Shown: positions 1 through 9,971, counted from the first letter of the stretch. The stretch is 64,000 nucleotides of DNA from an uncultured Actinomycetes bacterium (GCA_963775755.1 CAVZKB010000001.1:80011-144010); one strand, 5' to 3'. Notes: generated by a model not told the origin, from the letters alone. Translations and numbers: made by a program.

Positions 1-540
1 GTAGAGCACCAGCGCCTCCACGTGGAAGCCGTAGCCCGTGGCGAGCATGAACACGAGCAGCACGGCGGACTGCAGCACGAAGTCGACGAGCGCGACGCCC
101 ACGACGGAGAGCGGCAGGATCTCGCGCGGGAACGCCACCTTCTTCACGAGGTTGCCGTTGTCGATCACGGACCGTGTGCCGTTGCCGACCGCCACCGAGA
201 AGAGGTTCCAGGCGAGCAAGCCCGACAGGAGGAACACGGGATAGTGCGGTGTCGAGTTGCCCAAGACCTTCACCACGAACGTGAAGACCGCCAGGAAGAC
301 GATGGGGTTCAAGACAGACCAGACGGCGCCCAGGACCGAGGCCGTGTACTTGACCTTCAGCTCCTTGCGGACGAGGTTCAGCAGGATCTCGCGGTAGGCG
401 TACAGCTCACGGACACGCGGGATCGGCCGCAGGGAAAGCGACTCGGACGTGCGTTCGGTGACGCTCAGTGCGGTGGTGATGATGTGACTCCTCGGGTGGA
501 TGCGCAGGTCAGACGCGGTGCGTTCGAGTCTAGCAACGGG
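1..540 (-). CDS. ABC-2 type polysaccharide exporter permease (Wzm/TagG-like), 3' end runs off window start; start codon uncertain (possibly GTG near 609 overlapping upstream gene)
   Basis: Reverse-strand translation gives hydrophobic multi-TM sequence (...YREILLNLVRKELKVKYTASVLGAVWSVLNPIVFLAVFTFVV...VAFPREILPLSVVG...) typical of ABC-2 permeases; listed + strand ORF 22..543 is its antisense artefact (E/D/H/Q-rich). Confidence 0.6.
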
Positions 541-562
541 TGACGCCGCGACTTCGGAGGTT

Positions 563-1903
563 CTATGACGTTCCGCGGAAGGTGGCGAGCGCTCGCGCGT
601 AGCCCACACCGAGTCCCTCGTGCAGATCCTCCTCATCGGCTCCGAGGTCGGCGAGCGCCTTGCCCCAGATGGCCAGGGCCTTGTGGGCCGGGTCGCGGAC
701 GAGCCGCAGGGTCTCCTCGATCGCTTGCTCATAGCCTTTCGCGGTCGCCTCCGACGTGCGGACGGCTTCGACGTGGGCTCGTGCGGCGTCGCCCATCCGC
801 GCCCGCAGGTCGGGGTCGTCCAGCAACACGCGGATCCTCCCGGCGAGCTCGGAGGGGCTGGTCGGACCGGGCGCCACGCGGAGCACCGCATCGTCGGGGA
901 CATCGAGGTACGTCCCCGTGGCACTGACGACGGATGGCTTCCCCGAATGCATAGCGCGGATCAACGACCCGCTCACCTCCCCCCGGTGCGGGAAGCGGAG
1001 ATCGACGATCACGTCCGCCGCAGCGAGCCACCCACGGAAGTCGTCGTCGGAGACGTCCGGCGCCAGCGTGACGCGATCGCCCAGCCGGGCCGCGTCGACG
1101 ATCCCATCGACGTCGTAGCCCTCGATCCGCCTGCCGACAAGGGCGACGTACACGGTGTCGTCGAGCTCGCGGGCAGCGCCGAGCACGGCGTCCAGACGCT
1201 TCGCCTCGTTCAGGTCGCCGGGCGCCACGACCAACGATCGCGCGCCCTTCGCCTGCAGCTCCGCGCGGAGCTCGCGACCGCGATCGACCGCCCGGCGCAT
1301 GTCCGCATCGGACTCCACGACCGGGTGCGGGACCACGAAGACCGGCGTCCGGCAACCGGCTTCCCCCAGGTAGTCCTTGCAGAACTCGGAGTGCACGATG
1401 ATGCCGCGCGCCCGGCGAGCGATGTGTGCGCACCAGGGCTCGCGCAACGGCTCGTTGCGGACGATGTCCGGCGAACGGAGGTTCAGGCGGAGCGCGGCGG
1501 CCTCGCGCGTCGCCATGAACCCGAGCGGATCGCCGAGCGTTCGCAATCCACGCACGAAGTCGTCCAGAGCCAGGTCGTGCAGGACGATCAGCGAAGCCTG
1601 GGCGAGGAACGCGGCCCGGTAGGCCTCCAGATGGAACTCCACGTTGTTGCCCAGCTCGAACACGCCGAGGCGGTATCCGGGCAGCCGCGTCGCATCTTTC
1701 GGATCGATCGGCCAGAGCACGTCCATACGGTGCCGGTCGAAGAACCCGATCCGGCGCAGCCCGTCCAGTACGGCTCGGTCGTACGTCGCGACGCCGGTCC
1801 GGGCCGGGGGCAGGGGTCCCGAGAACACCAACTCCCCCACGGAACCGGGGGCCGCGGGCTTCCCGGCGCGGCGCATGAGCGTTCGAACGACGTCGCGGAG
1901 CAT
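563..1903 (-). CDS. glycosyltransferase family 4 (GT-B fold) with C-terminal extension
   Basis: 446-aa ORF; GT4-like C-terminal half (...PSVVSATGTYLDVPDDAVLRV...); stop adjacent to start of next GT. Confidence 0.6.
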   Translation of the reverse strand: MLRDVVRTLMRRAGKPAAPGSVGELVFSGPLPPARTGVATYDRAVLDGLRRIGFFDRHRMDVLWPIDPKDATRLPGYRLGVFELGNNVEFHLEAYRAAFLAQASLIVLHDLALDDFVRGLRTLGDPLGFMATREAAALRLNLRSPDIVRNEPLREPWCAHIARRARGIIVHSEFCKDYLGEAGCRTPVFVVPHPVVESDADMRRAVDRGRELRAELQAKGARSLVVAPGDLNEAKRLDAVLGAARELDDTVYVALVGRRIEGYDVDGIVDAARLGDRVTLAPDVSDDDFRGWLAAADVIVDLRFPHRGEVSGSLIRAMHSGKPSVVSATGTYLDVPDDAVLRVAPGPTSPSELAGRIRVLLDDPDLRARMGDAARAHVEAVRTSEATAKGYEQAIEETLRLVRDPAHKALAIWGKALADLGADEEDLHEGLGVGYARALATFRGTS

Positions 1904-2952
1904 CAGTCGAGCAACCGCGCCACGACGTCCGGCCAGCGGGGCACCTCGGCGCGGACGAAGGCGTTCCCCGCGGCGCCCAGCTTGGACGCCAACTCACGAT
2001 CGGCGTGCAACCGATCGAACGCATCGGCGATCGCCTTGGGCTCGGGCTCCGTGACGAGGCCGGTCTCGCCGTCCACCACGAACTCGAGCGGGCCGCCGCT
2101 GTCGGCGAGCGTCACCACCGGACGGTCGGCCGCGAACCCCTCGAGCGTCACGTAGCCGTAGTCCTCGTCGAACGGACCGTAGTACACGGCGAGCGCACCC
2201 TCGTACAGCTGGAACAAGCGCTCGTCGGTCACGTCGATCTCGAACCGCACGCGTTGCCGGATCCCCAAGCGCTCCACCTGATCTCGGAGCGCCTGCTCGT
2301 CCGGACCCTTGCCGACCAGGACGAGCGTGACCGCGGTCTTCACGTGCTGCATCGCGTCGACCGCGAGCGATTGACGCTTCAGGCTCTCCATGCGGCTGGG
2401 GAACACGACGTACTCGCCGAGCGGGCCGGAGGGTTCGTCCATCAGATGCTCCATCACGGGCGACGGGTGATACAGGACCTCCGACGGGATCCGGAGCGAC
2501 GTCCACAGTCGGTCCTTCACGTTCTTGGAGTTGGTGAACACGCGTTTGGCCTCGTTCAACGCGAGCCGGTCGGCGTTCCACACCATGTCCCTGACCGCGG
2601 GACCGTCCTCTTGGCGGGACAGATCCGCGTAGACGGGGTGGTTCCACAACTCGTAAGCCGTCCGATGCTGGTGCATCAACCACACGATCTTGCGTTCGTG
2701 CTCGACGAGGTACGCGGGGAACTTCAGTCCGACGACCGCGTCCACCTTCAAGCCGTTCGACTCGGTGATGTCGAAGCTCCGCCACACCGCCATCTGGTGC
2801 GCGAGCTGCGAGGCCGGGTACCACTTCCCCGCGATCTGCACCAGGTCGGCGTCGTGGCCGGCCGCGCGCAGCGCGCGGACCAGGCCCTCGGCGTGCGTCT
2901 CGGCGCCGCCGCGCACGAACGCGGTCTGCGGGTGCAGGACGGCGACCCTCAC
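1903..2952 (-). CDS. glycosyltransferase family 4; true start probably GTG at 2952 (VRVAVLHPQTAFVRGGAETH...)
   Basis: Track ORF 1903..3096 has Arg-rich N-terminal extension; GTGA start/stop overlap with upstream small ORF at 2949-2952; motifs ...KWYPASQLAHQ..., ...EGFAADRPVVTLADSGGPLEFV... typical of GT4. Confidence 0.65.
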   Translation of the reverse strand: MRVAVLHPQTAFVRGGAETHAEGLVRALRAAGHDADLVQIAGKWYPASQLAHQMAVWRSFDITESNGLKVDAVVGLKFPAYLVEHERKIVWLMHQHRTAYELWNHPVYADLSRQEDGPAVRDMVWNADRLALNEAKRVFTNSKNVKDRLWTSLRIPSEVLYHPSPVMEHLMDEPSGPLGEYVVFPSRMESLKRQSLAVDAMQHVKTAVTLVLVGKGPDEQALRDQVERLGIRQRVRFEIDVTDERLFQLYEGALAVYYGPFDEDYGYVTLEGFAADRPVVTLADSGGPLEFVVDGETGLVTEPEPKAIADAFDRLHADRELASKLGAAGNAFVRAEVPRWPDVVARLLD

Positions 2953-3344
2953 GAGGGCACGTCCCCTTCGGGTTCCGAGTCGTCGGGCTCGATCTCGGCG
3001 CGCAGCCGCGCGAGCTCCGCCTCGACGGCCATGAGCCGCTCGGCGAGGCTCGTGGTCAGCTCGGCGTGATCGGCGAGCAGCCGGTCGTAGCGCCATGAGA
3101 TCGGCCTCGCCACGCGGAACAGCCGGTACTTCAGCTGGCGCCGCCAGCGCGACGTCGACGCCAGGTTGCCCTCGCCCTGCGGGATGATCACCTTCTCATC
3201 GGCGCGGAGCTGCATCGAGAGGTCGTGGAGCCTGTCGCGCACCTCGGGAGTGTCCATGCGAGCGCGCGACACACGCTCCTGGGCCCAGTAGAGCTCACGG
3301 GAGAGGTCGTCGATCGCGGGATCGTGGTCGGAGGTCGCGGCCAT
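2949..3344 (-). CDS. hypothetical 131-aa coiled-coil protein embedded in polysaccharide cluster
   Basis: ORF with coherent composition, heptad-like C-terminus (LAERLMAVEAELARLRAEI), translationally coupled (GTGA) to downstream GT4. Confidence 0.4.
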   Translation of the reverse strand: MAATSDHDPAIDDLSRELYWAQERVSRARMDTPEVRDRLHDLSMQLRADEKVIIPQGEGNLASTSRWRRQLKYRLFRVARPISWRYDRLLADHAELTTSLAERLMAVEAELARLRAEIEPDDSEPEGDVPS

Positions 3345-3384
3345 CGGCGCAGGTCAGCGTAGCATCCGGCCGGTCACCGGCCGC

Positions 3385-4248
3385 TCAACCGGCGCCTGCG
3401 CCGATGGCCCCGGGTGCGGTCGACGCCAGCCATCCTTCGACCGCTTCGTCGAGGCCGGGGAGCGGCTCGACGCCGACGTGCTCCAGGTAGGCGCTCACCA
3501 TCGCGGAATTGGCCGGCCGCGGCGCGACGAGCCCGAGCGACGCGAACTCCTGCGGCTCGACCGTCCCGGGGAGCCCGGCGATCGCGCGGGCTCGCTCCAA
3601 GACGTCGAACCAGCATGCCGGCTCGGAGCCTGCCACGTGGTACGTGCCGAAGCGCCCGGTGAGCAAGAGCGGCAACAGCCGATCCGCGAGATGTCCCACG
3701 AACGTCGGCGAGCCGACCCTATCCAGGATGCCACCGGCGCTCTCGCCCCTGCGCAACCGCTCGACCGCGCCGCTCGCGTAGTCGTCTCCGGCGCCGTACA
3801 CGTAGCTCGTCCGCACGATGAAGTGCTCCGACACCAGTTGCCGGACGGACCGTTCCCCGGCGAGCTTCGACCGCCCGTACACGGAGAGCGGATGCGGCGC
3901 GTCCATCTCGTCGTACGGCGTGCCCTTCATGCCGTCGAACACGTAGTCGGTCGACACGTGCAGGATCGCAGCCCCGCACGCTCGCGCCGCGAGCGCCACG
4001 TTCTGTGCTCCGAGCGCATTGTCGCGGGCTGCCCGAGCGGGCTCCGTCTCGCACGCATCCACCTGGGTGAACGCCGCGAGGTGCACGATCGCATCCGGAC
4101 GCAGCAGCGGGATCGACCGCATCACCGCGTCGTGGTCGCCCACGTCGAGCTCGTCATGCGTGAACGCGTGCACCTGGTGGTGAGACGGCGCTTGTTGGAG
4201 GAACGCCCGTCCGAGCCCGCCGCCGGCCCCGGTGACAACCAGCCTCAC
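3385..4248 (-). CDS. rfbD: dTDP-4-dehydrorhamnose reductase (RmlD/RfbD); start at internal GTG (VRLVVTGAGGGLGRAF)
   Basis: Rossmann GxxGxxG N-terminus, YxxxK short-chain reductase core (SVYGRSKLAGE), 4-nt overlap with rfbB stop. Confidence 0.75.
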   Translation of the reverse strand: MRLVVTGAGGGLGRAFLQQAPSHHQVHAFTHDELDVGDHDAVMRSIPLLRPDAIVHLAAFTQVDACETEPARAARDNALGAQNVALAARACGAAILHVSTDYVFDGMKGTPYDEMDAPHPLSVYGRSKLAGERSVRQLVSEHFIVRTSYVYGAGDDYASGAVERLRRGESAGGILDRVGSPTFVGHLADRLLPLLLTGRFGTYHVAGSEPACWFDVLERARAIAGLPGTVEPQEFASLGLVAPRPANSAMVSAYLEHVGVEPLPGLDEAVEGWLASTAPGAIGAGAG

Positions 4249-5252
4249 AGACCCGCCCCGGCCGCACGAGGCTCCGTCACGATGGGCACGTCGTGGGCCT
4301 GCCGCAGCCAGGCCAGATGATCGCGATACCACTCGACGGTACGCGCCAGGCCCTCGTCGAACGGGACCCGCGGCTCCCAACCCAGCCCGCGCAGGCGATC
4401 GGAGCCCAGGCCGTACCGGAAGTCGTGGCCGGGGCGATCCGTGACGAACGAGATCTGCGACTCGGGCACACCCGCCAACGCGCAGATCCGCCGCGCGAGC
4501 TCGACGTTCTCCAACTCGTGCCCGCCGCCGATGTTGTAGACCCCGCCCGGTCCGCCGTCATCGAGCACGGTGAGGGCGGCCTTGACCCAATCCGTCACGT
4601 ACAGGAACTCGCGTCGCTGCCTGCCCTCGCCGTAGACGGGGAGCGATCGTCCTTCGAGGGCACAGATCGCGAACGTCGGCATCACGCGCTCGATCTGGCG
4701 AGGCCCGAACGCGTTCGTCCCGCGAACGATCGCGACCGGTGCTCCGTACGTCGCAACGTACGCCGTGCACAACAGATCCGCCGCCGCCTTGCTCGCCGCG
4801 TAGGGACTGATGGGCCGGAGCGGATGCGTTTCATCGAAGACGCTGTCGTCCGGATCACCCGGTCCGTAGACCTCATCGGTCGAGAGCATGAGCATGCGGA
4901 CGTCGTACCTGCGGCTCGCTTCGAGCACGGCCTGCGTGCCGATGACGTTCGTCCGCAGGAACGCGGCGGGGTCGTCGATACTGCGGTCGACATGCGACTC
5001 GGCGGCGGCATGGATCACCGCCTGCGCGCCGGCGACCAGCCCGTCGACGATCCCGGCATCGGCGACGTCACCCAGGACGAACCGGAGGCGCGGATCGCCC
5101 TCGTGTGCCTCGAGGTTCGCCCGGCTGCCGCCGGTCGAGAGCCTGTCGAGCACGGTGACCGTGGTCGACGGGCGCTCGAGCAACGCGTCGACGAGGTGGG
5201 AGCCGATGAATCCGGCCCCGCCGGTAACGAGGACGTTGGTGTCGGGAGCCAT
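4245..5252 (-). CDS. rfbB: dTDP-glucose 4,6-dehydratase (RmlB/RfbB)
   Basis: MAPDTNVLVTGGAGFIGSHLV..., catalytic STDEVYG and YAASKAAAD motifs of extended SDR dehydratases. Confidence 0.85.
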   Translation of the reverse strand: MAPDTNVLVTGGAGFIGSHLVDALLERPSTTVTVLDRLSTGGSRANLEAHEGDPRLRFVLGDVADAGIVDGLVAGAQAVIHAAAESHVDRSIDDPAAFLRTNVIGTQAVLEASRRYDVRMLMLSTDEVYGPGDPDDSVFDETHPLRPISPYAASKAAADLLCTAYVATYGAPVAIVRGTNAFGPRQIERVMPTFAICALEGRSLPVYGEGRQRREFLYVTDWVKAALTVLDDGGPGGVYNIGGGHELENVELARRICALAGVPESQISFVTDRPGHDFRYGLGSDRLRGLGWEPRVPFDEGLARTVEWYRDHLAWLRQAHDVPIVTEPRAAGAGL

Positions 5253-5327
5253 GGTGGGACCTCGAGGAGGGACCGGGACGACAGGAGTCTACCTGGGCGC
5301 CCTACGCGGGCCCCTGGCCCGCCCTCG

Positions 5328-6500
5328 CTAGCCTTGGCTCGAGGTCGCGACCGGAGCGGCGGCTCGCAGGACCGCGGCCGTGCCACGGGCCGTCGCCTCC
5401 CACGTGAAACGCGACGCCCTCGCCACCCCCGCAGCGGAGAGCACGGCCCGCAGGTCCTCGTCGGCGACCATCTCGGACAGCGCCGTGGCGATGGCGTCGA
5501 CGTCGGACGGGTCGACCAGCACTGCCGCCTCGCCAGCCACCTCGGGGAGCGAGGACACGTTCGACGTGAGGACGGGCACTCCCGCCGCGAACCCCTCGAG
5601 CACGGGGAATCCGAAGCCTTCGTAGAGCGATGGATACGCGAGCACCGTGGCGCCCGAGAGGAGCGCGAGCTTGTCGCGCTCGCTCACGTAGCCGGTGCGC
5701 ACGATGCGGCCACGCGCACCCTCCGGCAGCAGCCCGATCGTCGCGTCGAGCCTCTCCGCCGCCTCCGGGAACCAACGGACGGGGCCGCCGGCAAGCACCA
5801 ACGACAGGTGGCGCGCGTCACTCTTGGCGAACGCCCGCACCAGGCGTTCGAGGTTCTTCCGGGGCTCGATGCCCCCGACGAACAACACGTAGGGACCGGA
5901 GATCCCGTGGCGACGCCGGACGGCGTCGACCGCGGCCTCCGGAACCGGGGCGAACGCCTCCGCATCGACGCCGTGCCGCACCACGTGCACCCGATCGTCG
6001 GGGACCGCGAAGGTGTCGCGGAGATCGTCTGCCGCCGAAGTCGAAGGCACGATGATCGCCGGCGATCCGTCGAGCGTTGCCGCGAAGCGCCGACGCCAAC
6101 GGCGGTCGATGTGTGGCGCCGACTCCGGGAAGTGCTGGAACGCGAGGTCGTGGACGATCGGCACCACCCTATCGGCGTGACGGGTCGCGGGCGCCAAGAA
6201 GTTCGTCGCCACGAACAGGTCGAAATCGACGAGCCACTCCACCCGAGGAACGCCGAGACGGTTCGAGGCGGGTTGGAAGATCCGCGCGGGGAACCGCGAT
6301 GCCTTCTCGGTCAGGTTCCGTGCACGCACGTCGGCGAAGAACCTGCGCGGGCGCAGGAGCCCACGCGCGTGCAGGTACCACGCGACGAAGTGGTCGTCGA
6401 GATCGGCGAACGGGAGGTGACGGATCAGCTGTTGAGCGTATTGGCCCACGCCGGTCCGCCGAGGGTCGAGCGCCGGCCGAGCATCGATCGCGACACGCAC
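5328..6500 (-). CDS. glycosyltransferase family 4
   Basis: ...YVLFVGGIEPRKNLERLVRAF...LAYPSLYEGFGFPVLEGFAAGVPVLTSN... (EX7E GT4 motif). Confidence 0.75.
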   Translation of the reverse strand: MRVAIDARPALDPRRTGVGQYAQQLIRHLPFADLDDHFVAWYLHARGLLRPRRFFADVRARNLTEKASRFPARIFQPASNRLGVPRVEWLVDFDLFVATNFLAPATRHADRVVPIVHDLAFQHFPESAPHIDRRWRRRFAATLDGSPAIIVPSTSAADDLRDTFAVPDDRVHVVRHGVDAEAFAPVPEAAVDAVRRRHGISGPYVLFVGGIEPRKNLERLVRAFAKSDARHLSLVLAGGPVRWFPEAAERLDATIGLLPEGARGRIVRTGYVSERDKLALLSGATVLAYPSLYEGFGFPVLEGFAAGVPVLTSNVSSLPEVAGEAAVLVDPSDVDAIATALSEMVADEDLRAVLSAAGVARASRFTWEATARGTAAVLRAAAPVATSSQG

Positions 6501-6520
6501 CCGTGAAGGCTAGCGGAGAC

Positions 6521-7579
6521 TCAGTACAGCTCGACGCGGCTCTGGTCGCCGACGACGAGCCGATGCACCCCTCCGGTGCCGGAGTGCAGCACCTCGACGT
6601 TGCGTCCGAGGATCGACGTGGCGAGACCGTGCACGTCTGCGATCCGGCAGCCCTCCATGACGATCGAATCCTCCACCGAGCTCCGCAGGATCCGCACGTC
6701 GCGTTCGACGGACACGTTCGGACCGACCACGGAATCCTCGATGACCGCGTCGGGCCCGATCGTGACGGGACCTCGCAGCTCGGAACGGATGATCTCGGCA
6801 CCGCGGGCGACCCGGACGATCCCCTCGAGCGACGAGCGCTCGTCGACCTTGCCGCCGATATCCGTGCGCGCGATCGACAGCATCACGCGGTTCGCCTCGA
6901 GCAGGTCGGATGGACGGCCGGTGTCCTTCCACCACCCGCTCACCATCTCCGCGCGAACCGTCTTGCCGTGGTCGATCAGCCATTGGATCGCTTCGGTGAT
7001 CTCGTACTCACCCCGCCACGACGGCTCCAGGGTGTCGACGGCCTCCAGGATCGAGTCGTCGAACAGGTACACGCCGACGAGCGCCAGATCGCTCACGAAC
7101 GACTTCGGCTTCTCGACCAGCCGGACGACGCGCTCCCCATCGAGCACCGCGACCCCGAACCGCTCGGGCTCCGGCACGCGCGCCAGGAAGATCTGCGCGT
7201 CGGGCCGCGTCCGTTCGAACTCGACGACGAATCGCTTCAGCCCCTCCAGCAGGATGTTGTCACCCAGGTACATCAGGAACGGCCGGCCCGCGACGAAGTC
7301 GCGGGCCGTGATGACCGCGTGCGCCAGCCCGAGGGGTTCGTCCTGAGGGATGTAGGTGACCGAGAGCCCCCACGTTGAGCCGTCGCCGACCGCGGCGCGG
7401 ATCTCGTCACCGGTCTGCCCGATCACGATCCCGACCTCCGAGATGCCGGCGTCGCGGATCGCCTCGAGCGCGTGGAACAGGATCGGCGCGCCCGCGATCG
7501 GGATGAGTTGCTTCGCGTTGGTGTGCGTGATGGGCCGAAGTCGCGACCCCTCGCCTCCGGCCAGGATCAGCGCGCGCAT
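6521..7579 (-). CDS. rfbA: glucose-1-phosphate thymidylyltransferase (long-form RmlA with C-terminal left-handed beta-helix); start at internal ATG (MRALILAGGEGSRLRP)
   Basis: Nucleotidyltransferase signature GGxGxRL, LbH-like C-terminus; track ORF 6521..7711 carries junk N-terminal extension. Confidence 0.8.
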   Translation of the reverse strand: MRALILAGGEGSRLRPITHTNAKQLIPIAGAPILFHALEAIRDAGISEVGIVIGQTGDEIRAAVGDGSTWGLSVTYIPQDEPLGLAHAVITARDFVAGRPFLMYLGDNILLEGLKRFVVEFERTRPDAQIFLARVPEPERFGVAVLDGERVVRLVEKPKSFVSDLALVGVYLFDDSILEAVDTLEPSWRGEYEITEAIQWLIDHGKTVRAEMVSGWWKDTGRPSDLLEANRVMLSIARTDIGGKVDERSSLEGIVRVARGAEIIRSELRGPVTIGPDAVIEDSVVGPNVSVERDVRILRSSVEDSIVMEGCRIADVHGLATSILGRNVEVLHSGTGGVHRLVVGDQSRVELY

Positions 7580-7595
7580 CAGGACTCCGCCTGCA

Positions 7596-8993
7596 TCAGG
7601 ACTCCGGCGGGATGCAGGGCGTCGATCCGCCGCCGCTGCCGACCGGCTGCAGGTGGAAGTTGCCCGTGATGAACATCGCGACGGGGCTCCCCCGCAACAC
7701 CTTGTCCGCAACCTCGAGCAGCGGCAGGTTGGGGAAGTACTTCTGCACCACCTCGGCGTCGCTCTGGTGCCCCGGCTTGTACGCGATCACGGATCCCTTG
7801 ACGTCGGCGCCGTACGACGCGTAGTCGACGATCGCAGGAGATGTATCGAATCCGGCGTCGTTGAGGATCTGCTCGACCTCAGCGGCCGTCCCCGCCGAGT
7901 CGTGGTCGACGACCGGGACGACGATGTTCGCCTCGGACGGAGCTGTTCCTGCCAGGTTCTGACCCAGGTCGCCGAGCGGCTTGCCCTGTCGGATCCTGGC
8001 GAAGATCTGCTGGTCGACCGGGTCCGGGAACAGCACCGACAGGCTTCCCTCGAACCCGCCGACCCCGGGTACCGCGCGGAACTCCACCGCGCCCGTCGAG
8101 ATGCCCTCGAGTTGCTTCACCAGATAGATGACATCCGCGAGATCGAACCCCCCGTCAGCGACCAGGTTCCTGGCCACCGGACGGATGAGCGACGGGGCTT
8201 TCGCGATCTCACCCGGCGAGAGGAGCCGGTTCAACACCGCGCGCAGGAACTGCTGCTGCCGTCCGATCCGTGCGAAATCCGGAACGACGTCGCACGGCTG
8301 GTGGCGGGTGCGCACGTAGGCGAGCGACTGGTAGCCGTTGAGCGTCTGACATCCGGCCTTGACGTTCAGCCCCGTGAGCGGATCCGACATCGCCGCAGGG
8401 ATGCACATCGTGACCCCACCCAACGTGTCGACGATGCCCTGGAACCCGGCGAGGTCGACGTACAGCACGTGGTTGATCTTGAGGCCGGTCAGTTGTTCGA
8501 TCGTCTTGGCGACCCGTTGGGCGCCGAACCCCGCCAATCCACCCGAGAACGCTGCGTTGATCTTGTCCATCCCCACCCCGGGGATGTTCACCCAGAGGTC
8601 GCGCGGGAACGACAGCACGATCGCCTTCTGCAGCTTCGGATCGGTGTGGACGAGCATGATGACGTCGGATCGCTGGGATCCGCCGATGTCCGCGTTCGTT
8701 CCGAACTGCACCTGTTCCTCGGGTGTGAGCCCGGCCCGTGAGTCGCTCCCGAGGATCAAGTAGTTGCAGACGTTGTCGACGCACGGACCGAAGTCTCGCT
8801 GTTCGGGGCTACCGCTCGGCGCCGGCGACGGTGGGATGCGCGTGATGCCTCCTTGCGCTTGGAGATAGCCGACGTACGCGTACGCCGACACCGCGGCGAC
8901 GACGAGCGAGAGGCTCGCCGTGATCCCGATCAGTGCGCGCATGAACGCGCGATCGGCGTGGGGCGACCGCTGGTGATCCGGCTCGGAACTCAT
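7596..8993 (-). CDS. LytR-CpsA-Psr (LCP) family cell-wall glycopolymer ligase, N-terminal TM anchor; start at internal ATG (MSSEPDHQ...)
   Basis: TM helix LIGITASLSLVVAAV then LCP core (...YLILGSDSRAG...SDVIMLVHTDP...LSFPRDLWVNIPG...). Confidence 0.75.
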   Translation of the reverse strand: MSSEPDHQRSPHADRAFMRALIGITASLSLVVAAVSAYAYVGYLQAQGGITRIPPSPAPSGSPEQRDFGPCVDNVCNYLILGSDSRAGLTPEEQVQFGTNADIGGSQRSDVIMLVHTDPKLQKAIVLSFPRDLWVNIPGVGMDKINAAFSGGLAGFGAQRVAKTIEQLTGLKINHVLYVDLAGFQGIVDTLGGVTMCIPAAMSDPLTGLNVKAGCQTLNGYQSLAYVRTRHQPCDVVPDFARIGRQQQFLRAVLNRLLSPGEIAKAPSLIRPVARNLVADGGFDLADVIYLVKQLEGISTGAVEFRAVPGVGGFEGSLSVLFPDPVDQQIFARIRQGKPLGDLGQNLAGTAPSEANIVVPVVDHDSAGTAAEVEQILNDAGFDTSPAIVDYASYGADVKGSVIAYKPGHQSDAEVVQKYFPNLPLLEVADKVLRGSPVAMFITGNFHLQPVGSGGGSTPCIPPES

Positions 8994-9134
8994 CGCATCC
9001 AAGCGTACCTGTGGCGCACGAACGGACCCGCCGAACGTGCGTGGCATTCCTGTGGCAGCGCGGGGCGCACCCACGGGGGGGAGCCCGCCGATTAGGATGG
9101 CCGCGAGCCGGACACACCGGGCGCGAGGGGGAAG

Positions 9135-9971
9135 ATGATCAGGGATCCGATCCGGGCGCTCGTCGTCGGCATCGACGACGAGCTCCTCCGAGAGCTCACG
9201 AATGAAGAGGGGTTCACCGTCGATCGCGTCGAGCGACTCGACGGCGACGCAACACCCGACGTGAACGCCGTGATCCTCTCACTGTCGGGCGAACCTCTCG
9301 AGGCGCTCGCAACGGTTCGCGCGAAGGCGCCCACAGCGGCCGTGGTCGTCATCACGGACCCGGCCAACGCGGCCGACGGCACGGTTGCGATGCATGCGGG
9401 AGCCGACGACCATCTGGTTCGCGGCTCGATCCCACCGGGGATGCTTCCACGCGCCGTCCGGTACGCCGTCACCGTCCGGCGGCTGCGTCGCGAGCTCACG
9501 ACCCAAGATGACGAAACGGGCCTGCCCAACCTCCGCGGGTTCGCACCGATCGCCGAGCACCACCTGCGGATGGCCGATCGCGCCCACACGCCGGCCGTCT
9601 TCCTGTTCGTGCGTCTGGAGGGACTGCGGGATGCGGCGGACGCAGAAGAAGCGGCCTCCCTGGCGCGCGAAGCGGGCGCCTTGGTGCTCGAGGCCGTCCG
9701 CGACTCGGACGTCCCCGCAAGGATCAGCGCCGATACGTTCTGCGTCCTGCTGACGGGCGAGGCGCACGGGGCCGAGGCGCTCGTGCTCTCGCGCCTGGTG
9801 GAGTCGATCGCCGTGAACGACGCTCGTCAGGACCAGCCGCGGCACCTCTCCCTGTCGGTCGGGACGTCCCTGTACGACCCGGACCAGCCGAGCACCCTCG
9901 AGCAGATCATCTCGACCGCCGATCGCCGGCTGGCCGCGCAAGCCGCACCCGGACGATCCGAGGGGCGATGA
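9135..9971 (+). CDS. pseudo-receiver (REC-like) + degenerate GGDEF domain protein, candidate c-di-GMP effector
   Basis: REC-like N-terminus lacks phospho-acceptor Asp (AVILSLSGEP); GGDEF A-site replaced by SADTF while the upstream RxxD I-site is preserved with canonical spacing (RDSDVPARISADTF vs RESDLVARLGGDEF). Confidence 0.6.
   Translation: MIRDPIRALVVGIDDELLRELTNEEGFTVDRVERLDGDATPDVNAVILSLSGEPLEALATVRAKAPTAAVVVITDPANAADGTVAMHAGADDHLVRGSIPPGMLPRAVRYAVTVRRLRRELTTQDDETGLPNLRGFAPIAEHHLRMADRAHTPAVFLFVRLEGLRDAADAEEAASLAREAGALVLEAVRDSDVPARISADTFCVLLTGEAHGAEALVLSRLVESIAVNDARQDQPRHLSLSVGTSLYDPDQPSTLEQIISTADRRLAAQAAPGRSEGR

Noticed and set aside
22-543. Track ORF on + strand (173 aa, His/Glu/Asp/Gln-rich)
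   Set aside because: Composition is typical of the antisense translation of a GC-rich membrane gene; the opposite strand encodes a convincing ABC-2 permease.
620-6506. Long + strand ORFs (620..2155, 2005..3069, 3478..4320, 4293..6506) overlapping the minus-strand polysaccharide genes
   Set aside because: Arg/Pro/Gly-rich junk translations; the minus-strand genes have clear family signatures (RmlA/B/D, GT4).
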